Positions 17,587 through 28,079 of a DNA stretch of 64,000 nt are shown piece by piece (the first letter of the stretch is position 1; the number at the start of each line of letters is the position of its first letter). Below the pieces are notes generated by a model. The model did no database searches, was not told the DNA's origin, and was given only the letters and a program-made list of their open reading frames with translations. The DNA is from Abditibacteriota bacterium. GTDB lineage: Bacteria > Armatimonadota > UBA5829. The stretch lies in assembly GCA_017445025.1 (NCBI GenBank), contig JAFSVJ010000028.1, positions 30,707 through 94,706 on the forward strand. The letters are read 5' to 3'. The position numbers were made by a program, and so were the translations under genes.

Positions 17587-18843
17587 TTATACCCAGCCTC
17601 TGAATTTCATTGCATCGGCAACTTTCTTGATAGCTACAAGGTAAGCAGCCTTTCTGAGTGAGCACTTCTTATCAACTGACATGTCGTAAACGCTCTTAAA
17701 TGCGTTAACCATCTTGTTTTCAAGAGCTTTGTCAACTTCTTCTGCTGTCCAGTAGTAGTTGTATTCGTTTTGAACTGATTCAAAGTAAGAAACTGTTACA
17801 CCACCTGAGTTAGCAAGGAAGTCAGGGAGAACTACAATGCCTTTAGCGTCAAGAATCTTGTCAGCTTCGGGTGTGGTTGGTCCGTTAGCAAGTTCACAAA
17901 TAATCTTTGCTTGAATTGAGTCAGCGTTTTCAGCTGTAATTGAATTTTCAAGAGCAGCGGGAACGAGAACATCAACTTTAAGAGCAAATAATTCAGCTTG
18001 TGAAATTTCCTTAGCTTTTGGATATCCTTTCAAGGAACCGTTGGCAAGCTTGTAAGCTTGAACGTCCTTTGCGTCTAAACCGTCAGGGTTGTAAAGAGCT
18101 GCTTTTGTATCACAAACAGCAACGATCTTTGAACCTGTTAATTCTTCAAATAATGTAGCAGCAAATTGACCTGCGTTACCAAAACCTTGGATAGCAACTG
18201 TTGCACCTTTAAGGTCAATACCATAAGCCTTTGCGGCATCTCTTGTAATATAAACACCACCACGAGCTGTAGCGTCGCCTCTACCTAATGATCCACCGTT
18301 TCCTACAGGCTTACCTGTAATAACACCGGGTTCACTGTAACCTTTAATGGTTTCATATTCATCCATCATCCAAGCCATGATTTGAGGAGTTGTGTATACG
18401 TCAGGAGCGGGAACGTCGTTCTTGTGTCCGATGTAGTGAGCAACTTGTCTCATAAAACCACGGGCTAATCTTTCCAATTCACCTTCACTCATAGATTTAG
18501 GGTCACAAATAACTCCACCCTTACCACCACCTAAAGGAAGGTCAGCAACGGATGTTTTCCATGTCATCCAACAAGCAAGAGCACGAACTGTGTCAATGGT
18601 TTCTTCCGGGTGGAATCTGATACCACCTTTGTTAGGACCACGAGAGTTGTTGTATTGAACTCTAAAACCTTGGAACACCTTTACGGAACCATCATCCATC
18701 TTTACGGGAATGGTAAAGTGGAATTCTTTCATTGGGTTTCGTAACATTTGGTGAGTAGCTTCGTCCAAACCTAAGGTTTGACAGGCTTCGTCAATTGCAG
18801 CCTGAGCAACTTTGAAGGGGTTGTATGCATCTGTAGTACACAT
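17587..18843 (-). CDS. gdhA: NAD(P)-dependent glutamate dehydrogenase (Glu/Leu/Phe/Val dehydrogenase family)
   Basis: LPLGGGKGGVICDP motif and a Rossmann C-terminal domain. 418 aa. Confidence 0.85.
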   Translation of the reverse strand: MCTTDAYNPFKVAQAAIDEACQTLGLDEATHQMLRNPMKEFHFTIPVKMDDGSVKVFQGFRVQYNNSRGPNKGGIRFHPEETIDTVRALACWMTWKTSVADLPLGGGKGGVICDPKSMSEGELERLARGFMRQVAHYIGHKNDVPAPDVYTTPQIMAWMMDEYETIKGYSEPGVITGKPVGNGGSLGRGDATARGGVYITRDAAKAYGIDLKGATVAIQGFGNAGQFAATLFEELTGSKIVAVCDTKAALYNPDGLDAKDVQAYKLANGSLKGYPKAKEISQAELFALKVDVLVPAALENSITAENADSIQAKIICELANGPTTPEADKILDAKGIVVLPDFLANSGGVTVSYFESVQNEYNYYWTAEEVDKALENKMVNAFKSVYDMSVDKKCSLRKAAYLVAIKKVADAMKFRGWV

Positions 18844-18962
18844 TTTACAGAATGCCTCCTATAATATATTTATGTAATCTTTCGTAAAAGATTTCACACC
18901 ATTTATATTATACCACTTTTTTTATATAATGTCAAGTCTTAAAATACTTTTTTTATAAAAAA

Positions 18963-19304
18963 TTATTTATTTTCTTCTGATTTCTTAACATAATTAATTT
19001 GAAGATTAGCAAGAACTTGTTGCAAGGGTTTATACTCTTCTTCAGAAATTAATTTTTCAAGTTTTCCTGACAAAAACTCCACACAATCAATGGCAAGCTT
19101 GGCATCTTCCATATTTACCGTAGGCTCTTTCTCGCCATAGGGCAGAGTTATTCCCATATTCATCCAAGCTTTTTGAATAAATTCATTTATATCACGAATA
19201 ATCAAATCAATTACAGGCACCTTTGCAAAGGCTTTCATAAACTCTTCAAACTGCTTTGGATCGATTTGGGGCATTTCTTCGTTGTTTTTATTTTCTTCAG
19301 ACAT
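18963..19304 (-). CDS. hypothetical acidic protein (113 aa)
   Basis: ORF with good coding appearance, overlapping the plsC start by 8 nt. No motif recognised. Confidence 0.45.
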   Translation of the reverse strand: MSEENKNNEEMPQIDPKQFEEFMKAFAKVPVIDLIIRDINEFIQKAWMNMGITLPYGEKEPTVNMEDAKLAIDCVEFLSGKLEKLISEEEYKPLQQVLANLQINYVKKSEENK

Positions 19305-19941
19305 TTTTTGATACCTCTTTTTTTAAATTATATAGGGTTTCCTTCCAATCTCTCACAAGATTAGATAGCATTTCATCCTTAGGCAAATCCTTATACTTTT
19401 CCGTATCTAAAGGCTTTCCATACAAAACTTTCACAGGAGCTTTATGAATTTTAGGATTTATGGTTGACAGACTTTTTTCTGTTCCTACAATCAGTGTGGG
19501 AATTATTACAGCTCCGCATTTCAATGCCAGATCAAAGGACCCTCTGTTAGGATCACAAATCTCACCGGTTTCGCTTCGTTTTCCTTCCGGGAATATATTA
19601 ACCACCTCTCCCGCTCTCATAAGCTCCATAGCTCTCGCAAGGGCTCTTCTGTCTGCCACACCCCGAGTAACGGGAAAAGCACCGAAAGACCTAATCAAAG
19701 GCCCCAATACGGGAATTTTAAATAACTCAGCCTTTGCCATAAAATATACTTTTCTATTGAGAAAAGCTCCTGTGACAGGTGGGTCAAGATATGAAATATG
19801 ATTTGGCATAAGACATACAGGTCCCTCTTCGGGAACATTTTCTGTATAACAAGCTTTTGTGGGGCCAAAGATAGTAAGAAAAAACCTACAAAACACACGA
19901 CCTATTCTGTATGATAGATTAATCTTGCTTGCCATTTTCAA
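19297..19941 (-). CDS. plsC: 1-acyl-sn-glycerol-3-phosphate acyltransferase
   Basis: Acyltransferase motifs NHISYLD (HxxxxD) and FPEGKRS. Confidence 0.75.
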   Translation of the reverse strand: MKMASKINLSYRIGRVFCRFFLTIFGPTKACYTENVPEEGPVCLMPNHISYLDPPVTGAFLNRKVYFMAKAELFKIPVLGPLIRSFGAFPVTRGVADRRALARAMELMRAGEVVNIFPEGKRSETGEICDPNRGSFDLALKCGAVIIPTLIVGTEKSLSTINPKIHKAPVKVLYGKPLDTEKYKDLPKDEMLSNLVRDWKETLYNLKKEVSKNV

Positions 19942-20608
19942 CTCTTTCGTTAAAAATATCTATAATTTTATCCGCAACTTGACAAGCTGTCAAACTGTCG
20001 GTTTCCATTTCCACAGCATCGGCAACCTTTATCAAAGGGGATTCCTTTCTTGTGGAATCAATTAAATCTCTTTCGGCTATCTCAGCTTTCAAGGTTTCCA
20101 TATCTGTATTGATGCCTTTGGTTTTGTTTTCTTCAAATCTTCTTCTTGCTCTTTCTTCAATAGAAGCGGTAAGATAGATTTTTAGAAAAGCATTTGGCAA
20201 AACCACGGAGCCTATGTCTCTGCCCTCCATAACCACGTTGTTATTGGCGGCTAAAGCTTGTTGATGTTTCACAAGAGCTACTCGAACTCCTGTAATTCTT
20301 GACACAAAACTTACAGCGTTGGTTACGTCAGGCATACGAATGGCTAAGGTGACGTCTTCACCGTCCAAATAAACTCTTTGTCCTATCTTTTCATCTATTG
20401 TAAGATCGATTTCCGTGTTTTTGGCAAGATTAATAATAGGACACTGATTTTGAAAAGGTATTTTTTCTCTTATGGTTTTAAGAGTGACAGCACGATACAT
20501 AGCTCCCGTATCCACATACAGAAAACCAAGTTTTTTTGCTATTTGCTTAGCTACCGTGCTTTTACCGCTACCGGCAGGTCCGTCAATAGCTATCTGATAA
20601 TTAACCAT
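19919..20608 (-). CDS. cmk: cytidylate kinase
   Basis: IAIDGPAGSGKSTVAK P-loop at the N-terminus. 229 aa. Confidence 0.9.
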   Translation of the reverse strand: MVNYQIAIDGPAGSGKSTVAKQIAKKLGFLYVDTGAMYRAVTLKTIREKIPFQNQCPIINLAKNTEIDLTIDEKIGQRVYLDGEDVTLAIRMPDVTNAVSFVSRITGVRVALVKHQQALAANNNVVMEGRDIGSVVLPNAFLKIYLTASIEERARRRFEENKTKGINTDMETLKAEIAERDLIDSTRKESPLIKVADAVEMETDSLTACQVADKIIDIFNERVENGKQD

Positions 20609-20629
20609 ATTTTATCCTTTAAAAGATAA

Positions 20630-21718
20630 TTATAAAACTTTCTTTAAACATTCGATAAATTTGTCTAATTCTCTTTGAGTTCCTACAGAAACTCTGATAT
20701 GAGTGGGAGCACCGAAAGGTGCACCGGCTCGGACAATAACACCCATTCTTTGAAGTTTGGCAAACAGAGCTTTACAATCGGTTTTTACATCAACCCATAC
20801 GAAATTACCTTGTGTGGGCTTGTATTCAAGACCAAGTTTATCAAATTCTCTGTAAAGGAATGCTTTTCCTTCTTGATTTACCTTTCTGCTCTTGGCTACG
20901 TGGTCAATATCGTCAAGAGCGGCAAGAGCTGCCTTTTGAGCAATTCTGCTAACGTTGAAAGGCAGCCTGGTCTTCTCCATAAGGTCAATAATTCTCTTTG
21001 GAGCAATACCATAACCTATTCGGCAACCTGCTATTCCGTAAACCTTTGAAAAAGTTCGTAGAGCAAGAACATTTTTGTCTGCTTTTATATATTCAAGAGA
21101 ACTTGTGTAACCGGGATCATCAACATATTCATAGTATGCTTCGTCCAAGAAGAGAAGACAGTCCTCAGGCATCTTTTCCAATAAGTAATCTATCTTTTCT
21201 TTTGGAAGGAGAGAACCTGTAGGGTTGTTGGGATTGGTAATGTAAATGGCTTTAGTCTTGTCTGTCACAGCACCAAGGAGAGCATCCACATCTATTTCCC
21301 AATCTTTCATAGGAACGGTCACAGGCTTTCCACCCATAAGGAGAGCGGAAGTAGCATATTCTGAAAATGTGGTATCGGGAGTTATTATCTCATCACCGGG
21401 ATTAATAAAAGCTTCGGCAAAATGGAAAATAACCTCATCACCACCGTCACCAAAAATAAGGTTTTCCGGGTTTATGCCAAGGTGTTTGGCTAATTTTTGA
21501 CGAAGCTCAAAACAGGCACCGTCGGGATATTGGTTAATCTCACAGGCGGCAGCTTTAATGGCTTCTACAGCCTTAGGAGAAGGACCTAAAGGATTTTCGT
21601 TAGAAGCTATTTTAATAACATCATCAAGACCGAATTCTCTCTTAACATCTTCAATAGGCTTACCGGGCACGTAAGCCGTTATTTGCATTATTGTTTCTCT
21701 AAATTTAGGAGTTTTCAT
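20630..21718 (-). CDS. hisC: histidinol-phosphate aminotransferase
   Basis: Class II aminotransferase: IASNENPLGPS, YITNPNNPTGS and the PLP-lysine region FSKVYG. 362 aa. Confidence 0.85.
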   Translation of the reverse strand: MKTPKFRETIMQITAYVPGKPIEDVKREFGLDDVIKIASNENPLGPSPKAVEAIKAAACEINQYPDGACFELRQKLAKHLGINPENLIFGDGGDEVIFHFAEAFINPGDEIITPDTTFSEYATSALLMGGKPVTVPMKDWEIDVDALLGAVTDKTKAIYITNPNNPTGSLLPKEKIDYLLEKMPEDCLLFLDEAYYEYVDDPGYTSSLEYIKADKNVLALRTFSKVYGIAGCRIGYGIAPKRIIDLMEKTRLPFNVSRIAQKAALAALDDIDHVAKSRKVNQEGKAFLYREFDKLGLEYKPTQGNFVWVDVKTDCKALFAKLQRMGVIVRAGAPFGAPTHIRVSVGTQRELDKFIECLKKVL

Positions 21719-21822
21719 ATTTAAACCTTCCGGATATTTAAAATCTTGCTATAATATTATACCACTTTTTGGGATTTTTTTCAAATCTTAAACTTTTATT
21801 ACTTTTAAGGGCAGGCACTTAT

Positions 21823-21856
21823 CCCAACAAAAAGACCACAGATTTCTCTGTGGTCT
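21823..21856 (-). terminator. putative terminator after the 208-aa secreted protein gene
   Basis: gaccacag-atttctc-tgtggtc hairpin followed on the minus strand by tttttgttggg. Confidence 0.45.
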
Positions 21857-21862
21857 GTAAAA

Positions 21863-22489
21863 CTATTTCTTCAAAGGTTTATATTGTTTGGAACCTTTAA
21901 CCTTTTTATAAGTATATGTCCCTTTGGATTGAGCTTTCTTATATTTCATGTTTCCGGAACCCTTAACACAATCCTTGGGGCTCTTGTAATCTGTCCCTGA
22001 CTTAGAAGGCTTTTTTCCGCCGTAGACATTTTTGGTCTGTGGTTTGGAATATGTCATATCACCTTTGTAGTAAACAGAGTTTTTAGAGCTTTTGTAAGCA
22101 TCCTTACCGTTGTAGTAGTTAGAACCTTTAGGATCCACAAAATCCATTCCGTTGGCTGAACCGAAGGCACCCTTCTTTCTTTTGAAATTTGAGTCATAAT
22201 TATAGGTATAAGAAGGTTTAGTGTAAGATATGGACCCGTCTCTGTTTTGGGTGACGGAAGGACCTGTGACCGAAACAGAGCCTTGGGCACTTCCGCTTGC
22301 TAAGGGAGTATCCACTTCCATAGATTTAAAAACCCCTGAGGTTTCCGGGGAGATAATGGTGGTTTCCCCTGCGGCAAAAAGAAGGGAAGAAAGACCCAAT
22401 ATCAATATTATAAAAAGAATCTTTTTCATATTACTAATCCAAAAACAATTATTCATAATTATTATACCAAAAAGAAAAAATAAAAGCAA
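21863..22489 (-). CDS. secreted Lys/Tyr/Gly-rich hypothetical protein
   Basis: N-terminal signal/TM segment, then low-complexity K/Y/S/G-rich sequence. Confidence 0.5.
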   Translation of the reverse strand: MLLFFLFGIIIMNNCFWISNMKKILFIILILGLSSLLFAAGETTIISPETSGVFKSMEVDTPLASGSAQGSVSVTGPSVTQNRDGSISYTKPSYTYNYDSNFKRKKGAFGSANGMDFVDPKGSNYYNGKDAYKSSKNSVYYKGDMTYSKPQTKNVYGGKKPSKSGTDYKSPKDCVKGSGNMKYKKAQSKGTYTYKKVKGSKQYKPLKK

Positions 22490-22585
22490 ATTTTAAAGTA
22501 TCATACAGTTTAAAATTCATTGAAAAATGAATTTCCGGGTATTTTTTCTTTTTTAAAGATTAACAGTTATTATAAGGATAAGATA

Positions 22586-24538
22586 TTATCCGCAACAGCA
22601 AGTTCTCTTACTCTTAACTTTTTTCTTCATATCGCAGTTATTTCCTGTGGCAAATTCGTTTTTCTTATCAATAAACTTCCTGTCATACAAGAAACCTGCA
22701 ATTAATATAACCAAACAAGAGCCACCGTTGTGAACCAGGGCTCCCGTAGTGGGGGTCAGAACCTTCATAAAGGACAAAACTATTGCCACAAAATTGATGG
22801 TAAGAGATAATGCCACACCAAAGTTTATGGTGTTTATGGTTGCTTTTGACAATCTCTTCAAATAGGGAATAAGAGAAATATCGTCTGTCATTATGGCAAT
22901 ATCGGATGCGTCAAGAGCTATATTACTACCTTTTAATCCCATGCCTATACCCACATCAGATATCTTTAAAGAAGGGGCATCGTTTACTCCATCTCCTACC
23001 ATACAAACCTTTTTCCCTTCATTTTGAAGTTGCTTAATATAATTTAGTTTTTCCTCAGGTAAGAGATTTCCTTTAACTTTATCTATTCCCACCATGCTTG
23101 CAAAATGCAATCCCGCATTTTCGTTATCACCGGTTAGAAGAATAGGTTCTATATTCATCTTACGAATCTCTTCCACAGTTTCTTTTACACCGGGCTTAAT
23201 TGTATCGGAAAGAGTAATCATTCCCACAAGTTCGTTATCTTTTGCCACCAAAACTACAACCTTATCTGTATACTTCTTTAATTTCTCTTTTATATCATCA
23301 CTTATTATAATGTCAAAACCTTCAATATAACTTTGATTTCCACATATAATTCTCTCCCCTGAAAGAGTGACTGAAACACCCTTGCCGGGGGTCATTTCAA
23401 AATCGGTGGTTTCTATATGACCCAACTGCCCATATTCAACTATTGCCTTAGCTATAGGGTGTTCACTGTTTTCTTCACAGGCTGAAGCAAAACGAATGAT
23501 GCATTTTTCACAATGTTCTTCTTTAAAAGATATAACTTCTGAAACAGACAATTCCCCTTCTGTGATGGTTCCGGTTTTGTCAAAAACCATTGTATCTACA
23601 GTGTTAAGGGCTTCGAGTGCTTCTCCGGACTTAATCATAACTCGGTTTTTTGTAGCCTGACCTATGGCTGCCATTATGGCGGTAGGTGTGGCAAGAATCA
23701 AAGCACAAGGACAAAATACCACAAGCAAGGTGACAGATACCTTAATATCCTTTGTAATAAAATATGCTATTATTGACAAAAGGAAAGAAGCGGGGACCAA
23801 TACACTTGCAATTCTGTCAAGGATAACCTCTTTGGGAGCTTTCTTCTCATCTGCCTCCGTCACAAGTTTGATTAATTTTTGAAGAGAGGTGTCCTTATAT
23901 TCCTTATTAACCCTTATATCCACGGATCCAAACATATTTATGGTTCCCGCAAGGACACTGTCCCCTATTTGCTTTTCGACAGGCAAAGACTCCCCGGTCA
24001 TAATGGATTCGTTTACCGTGGTGTGTCCCTTTTCCACCACTCCGTCAATGGGGAAAGCTTCTCCCGGCAAAACTCGAACCACATCCCCTATTTTTAATTC
24101 TTCCGTTTCTATATCTATTATTTTATCATTCTTTAGAATTTTGGCTTTACTCGGAGAAAGGTTTATCATCTCTTTAATGCCTTTGTGGGCTTTGGCAACG
24201 GTTAAGTCTTCCAAAATATGACCTATTGCCATAATCAAAGCCACTTCACCACAGGCAAAGATCTCACCGGTCAATACAGAGGCTATCATAGCCACACTGA
24301 CAAGCAAGGAACCGCTGATTTTCTTTAAACCATGACTAAATATGAGCCTATTTATGGCGTGATATAAAGGGCTGAGACCACATATTATGGCAGTTATCCA
24401 ACATAAATTAAAAGGAATATGGGTATTAATCAAAGCTTCATGACCATGGGCTCCTCCGGTTAAGAAACCCAATATGAGAAAAACTGCTCCTATTATGGTT
24501 AAAGGAATCCCTTCCGTAAACGTAATTAACATTTTCAT
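22586..24538 (-). CDS. heavy-metal-translocating P1B-type ATPase (Zn/Cd/Cu type)
   Basis: CPC transmembrane motif (VVFCPCALILATP), DKTGTITEG phosphorylation site, GDGVNDAPSL hinge, and a C-terminal CCCG. There is no separate N-terminal HMA domain. Confidence 0.85.
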   Translation of the reverse strand: MKMLITFTEGIPLTIIGAVFLILGFLTGGAHGHEALINTHIPFNLCWITAIICGLSPLYHAINRLIFSHGLKKISGSLLVSVAMIASVLTGEIFACGEVALIMAIGHILEDLTVAKAHKGIKEMINLSPSKAKILKNDKIIDIETEELKIGDVVRVLPGEAFPIDGVVEKGHTTVNESIMTGESLPVEKQIGDSVLAGTINMFGSVDIRVNKEYKDTSLQKLIKLVTEADEKKAPKEVILDRIASVLVPASFLLSIIAYFITKDIKVSVTLLVVFCPCALILATPTAIMAAIGQATKNRVMIKSGEALEALNTVDTMVFDKTGTITEGELSVSEVISFKEEHCEKCIIRFASACEENSEHPIAKAIVEYGQLGHIETTDFEMTPGKGVSVTLSGERIICGNQSYIEGFDIIISDDIKEKLKKYTDKVVVLVAKDNELVGMITLSDTIKPGVKETVEEIRKMNIEPILLTGDNENAGLHFASMVGIDKVKGNLLPEEKLNYIKQLQNEGKKVCMVGDGVNDAPSLKISDVGIGMGLKGSNIALDASDIAIMTDDISLIPYLKRLSKATINTINFGVALSLTINFVAIVLSFMKVLTPTTGALVHNGGSCLVILIAGFLYDRKFIDKKNEFATGNNCDMKKKVKSKRTCCCG

Positions 24539-24685
24539 TTATTTATACCTTATCTTGCTTTATCTATAATCCCTCAGAAAGAAAACTGAGGGAGAATTGA
24601 AATTATACCATAATTATTATACCACTTTTTACAAAACTTTTCAAGTCAAAAGTTAAAAGAGATTAACTTAATATAATCAACCATA

Positions 24686-24713
24686 TAAAAAACTCCTCTT
24701 CTTTTAAAGAGGA
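24686..24713 (-). terminator. putative terminator downstream of uvrC
   Basis: ctcctct/agaggag hairpin followed by a T-run on the minus strand. Confidence 0.4.
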
Positions 24714-24766
24714 GATATAAGATAAATTACTTTAAAAAATCTTATTTGATCAATACAAATAAGTGA

Positions 24767-26617
24767 CTAATTTTCTTCCTTGTGAAAATACTCATAAACC
24801 TTCTGAGCCACGGGGGCGGTGATGCCGGGAGCTTCCCTCAGCTCTTCCACGGAGGCTTGTTTTATTTTATCCATGGATTTAAAATGACGCAGAAGGGCGG
24901 TGCGACGAGTTTTCCCCACCCCTTCTATTTTATTTAAGACAGATTGGCTCATAGTCTTGCCCCGAAGGTTTTTGTGATAGGTTATGGCAAATCTGTGAGC
25001 TTCATCCCTAATCCTTTGCAATATCATTAAGGCTTCACTTCGTCTTGGGAGAGCGATGGGGGTGCTATCATGGGGTTTAAAAATAAGCTCTTCTTTTTTG
25101 GCAAGACTTATGACGGGGACATTTATATTTAATTCTTCCAATATGGAAACAACGGAGGAGAGTTGCCCTTTACCGCCATCTATTACAAGGAGATCGGGCC
25201 ACTGCTCAAATTTATCCGTTTTGGAGAGAGAACCTGTAAACCGCCTTGTAATGGTCTCCTTCATGGATTTGAAATCGTCAGGCTTCCCTTCCGTGGTTTC
25301 CAGTTTAAATTTTCTGTAATAGTCCTTGGCAGGCTTACCACCTATGAAGGTGACAAGACTTGACACAGTGTTGGTTCCTTGAATGTTGGAGATGTCGTAG
25401 CATTCCATGCGGTAAGGGTAGATCTCGCTGTCTATGGCTTTTTGAAGGTCACCTAAAGCCTTTGACACTATTTCATTATCAAGAGAGGCTTTTTTGGTCA
25501 AATAGCTAACCTGCTCTAAAGAATTTTTTACACACAAATCAAGAAGCTTCCTCTTCTCACCTTTTTGGGGTATTATAACAGAAACCTTAAAGCCTCTTTT
25601 ACCTGAGAGCCATTCAGACAGGTTTGAAACGTCCTCCGGCATAATATTCACTATAATCTCTTTAGGGATATGAGAAACCATTTGATAATATGAGAGTAAA
25701 AATTCATACATAGATACAGACATATTGTCCGGATCTGTATTGTCAAGCTTAATTTGGTTTTGACCTACCACATAACCATCTCGGACATTGAGAACAAAGG
25801 CGAGAGAGGAGAAACCGTCTGTCACCAGGGCTACCACATCCTTATCGTCATAGGATTCCGAAACCACCTGCTGCTTGGAGACAAGACGCTTGACGGAGCT
25901 GATTTGATCTCGAAGCTTGGCAGCCTTCTCAAATTCCAGCTTTTCGGCACACTCTTCCATTCTGTGAGTTAGGGAAGCCAAAAGCTCCTTCCTGTTGCCT
26001 TCAAGGAATTTGATAACATCGGAAAGGGCGTTTTGGTAGTCGGTTTTGTCTGCCTTGTTGCAACAGACACCGAGACACTGGTTTATATGATAGTAGAGAC
26101 AGGGACGGCCCTTGCTCTTGGTGGGGTCCTTGTAACCGCAGGGGACCTTGAAAATCATACGAATGAGCTTGACGGTCTCCTTTACTGCCAAGGCGTCGGT
26201 GTAGGGGCCGAAATAGGTGTTCTTGTCATCCTTTTTGAAACGGAGCTTGCGAACAGACTTTATTTGAGGATATTCAGCGTCGGTGATGCAGATGTAGGGG
26301 TAGGACTTGTCGTCCTTGAGAAGGACATTGAAAGGGGGGGAGTATTTTTTTATGAGAGAGGACTCTAACATGAGGGCCTCCTGCTCACTGCCCGTCACCA
26401 CATAGTCAAAATCACGAACAAGGCCCACCATCTTCATAATACGGGGGCTTTTTTCAAATGAGGAGACGAAATAGGAGCGAACACGATTAGGCAAGACTTT
26501 CGCCTTGCCTACATATAAAACACTTCCCGCCTCATCCTTCATTATATAACAGCCGGAAGACTGAGGCAAAAGCTTTAATTTCTCTATAACATTTTTCGGA
26601 ACATAATCATAAAACAT
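24767..26617 (-). CDS. uvrC: excinuclease ABC subunit C
   Basis: N-terminal GIY-YIG (SGCYIMKDEAGSVLYVGKAKVLPNRVRSYF), a UvrBC-interaction region, and a C-terminal RNase H-like/HhH region. 616 aa. Confidence 0.9.
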   Translation of the reverse strand: MFYDYVPKNVIEKLKLLPQSSGCYIMKDEAGSVLYVGKAKVLPNRVRSYFVSSFEKSPRIMKMVGLVRDFDYVVTGSEQEALMLESSLIKKYSPPFNVLLKDDKSYPYICITDAEYPQIKSVRKLRFKKDDKNTYFGPYTDALAVKETVKLIRMIFKVPCGYKDPTKSKGRPCLYYHINQCLGVCCNKADKTDYQNALSDVIKFLEGNRKELLASLTHRMEECAEKLEFEKAAKLRDQISSVKRLVSKQQVVSESYDDKDVVALVTDGFSSLAFVLNVRDGYVVGQNQIKLDNTDPDNMSVSMYEFLLSYYQMVSHIPKEIIVNIMPEDVSNLSEWLSGKRGFKVSVIIPQKGEKRKLLDLCVKNSLEQVSYLTKKASLDNEIVSKALGDLQKAIDSEIYPYRMECYDISNIQGTNTVSSLVTFIGGKPAKDYYRKFKLETTEGKPDDFKSMKETITRRFTGSLSKTDKFEQWPDLLVIDGGKGQLSSVVSILEELNINVPVISLAKKEELIFKPHDSTPIALPRRSEALMILQRIRDEAHRFAITYHKNLRGKTMSQSVLNKIEGVGKTRRTALLRHFKSMDKIKQASVEELREAPGITAPVAQKVYEYFHKEEN

Positions 26618-26650
26618 AAAATTAATTTTTTCTTTTAAAAATCTTTATAG

Positions 26651-26842
26651 TTATTTGACGGTATCTTCTGTGGTGATATGTTTATTATCTAATTCATCTA
26701 TAATATATTGTGCTTGTTTACACCCCAATTTCCCTAATCCTGTAGTTATAAGCAATAAGATAAGGACCACATACACAACCCCCATACAACAGGGCGGTTT
26801 CAGATTGTCTTCCGGCTCTGCGTTTAAATCATTGTAATCCAT
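26651..26842 (-). CDS. small predicted membrane protein (63 aa)
   Basis: A single strongly hydrophobic helix (VVYVVLILLLITTGLG). Weak call. Confidence 0.3.
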   Translation of the reverse strand: MDYNDLNAEPEDNLKPPCCMGVVYVVLILLLITTGLGKLGCKQAQYIIDELDNKHITTEDTVK

Positions 26843-26954
26843 GGTTAATTATTCATTTTTAAAATAAACATCATTTGCACTTTATAAGGGAGATAAATCT
26901 CTTTAATCAAAGGACTTTCATAAATCCCATTTAGGTTGAGCTACCATGCTATTA

Positions 26955-28079
26955 TTATGAATTTAATAACTTAAGAATAGTTTCATCATAATTATCAGTA
27001 TAATTTTTTAATACTCTCAAAAATTCTTTAAAATCAGATATTTTTTCCATTTTGCTTATGGTTATCCAATCTAAATCTTTATATTTAGCTTGAAATAAAG
27101 TTTTACTGTTTTTAGGATTTTCAAAATCATATTTAATAATGCCTATACCAAAGGCATTATTTAATCTTTCCATTTCTTCTTGTAATTCTGGTTTATCATC
27201 AATTTCACTTGCAACCAAATATCCTTCATTTGCCCAACTTGAATTTGATACTGCTTGAAAATATGATTTCTTTAAATCCCCAAGAGTTAATGATTTCTTA
27301 AGTTCAAAAGAATAAATAGTGCAAGGAGCATTAGACATTTTTTTTACAAGATCTTGAGTTATATTCTCATATTTATGTGGTTTTACACCAACTATATCCG
27401 GATTCATCCATTCAAAATCCCCTTTTTTACCATTACTTTCTTGAATTCTTTTTCCATAAACATTAAATTTAACTTTTAAATACTCTATAAATGGCATGTA
27501 CATATCTTTTTCATCAAATTTCTTTTTTTCTATAATATGAAATTCTGCTTGTTTATTATCATTATTAAAATATCTTAATTTAAATTTAGCTTCATCAACT
27601 TTGACAAATTCAGAATTATCACCATTATTCTTAATATCTTCATATATAGGAGTTGATAAAGTATCTATAGGATTTTTACTTTTGGTATTTAGTTTTTTGT
27701 CATAACCTTTGTTAACACCGTAAGCCCAAATATCATTTATGTGTGTTGGCTCATTATTTAATTCGGTTAAAACTTCTATGGCAAAATCTTTAAATGTATA
27801 TTTGTTATTATTATAAAGAGGGTTTAGAGAGAATTTCCCTTTATCTATTTGAATAAATTCGGAGTTTTTTCCTTTCTTTTTTATATCTAAGTATAATTGG
27901 GCAGAAATAGTTGCTTCCGGAGTTTTACCGATATTTTTAAGTTTCTTGTGAAAATCCCGAAATACTCCTTGCTCCCAAATTTCCTTAGCAGTTAATATTT
28001 GATTTGAAGCTTTTAAAGTTTCTCTTGCAAAATCCTTGTAAGTATATGCCATTTTATAATCTCCTTTAAAATGTATCAA
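26955..28079 (-). CDS. tandem HARE-HTH domains + C-terminal PD-(D/E)xK-like nuclease domain (restriction-endonuclease-like), island 2
   Basis: Two repeats containing GKTPEATISAQLY / NPIDTLSTPIYEDI that resemble the HARE-HTH of RNAP delta and restriction enzymes. The C-terminal region has NPDIVGV ... YSFELKKS (PD ... ExK). The start overlaps the upstream gene stop by 14 nt. Confidence 0.55.
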   Translation of the reverse strand: MIHFKGDYKMAYTYKDFARETLKASNQILTAKEIWEQGVFRDFHKKLKNIGKTPEATISAQLYLDIKKKGKNSEFIQIDKGKFSLNPLYNNNKYTFKDFAIEVLTELNNEPTHINDIWAYGVNKGYDKKLNTKSKNPIDTLSTPIYEDIKNNGDNSEFVKVDEAKFKLRYFNNDNKQAEFHIIEKKKFDEKDMYMPFIEYLKVKFNVYGKRIQESNGKKGDFEWMNPDIVGVKPHKYENITQDLVKKMSNAPCTIYSFELKKSLTLGDLKKSYFQAVSNSSWANEGYLVASEIDDKPELQEEMERLNNAFGIGIIKYDFENPKNSKTLFQAKYKDLDWITISKMEKISDFKEFLRVLKNYTDNYDETILKLLNS

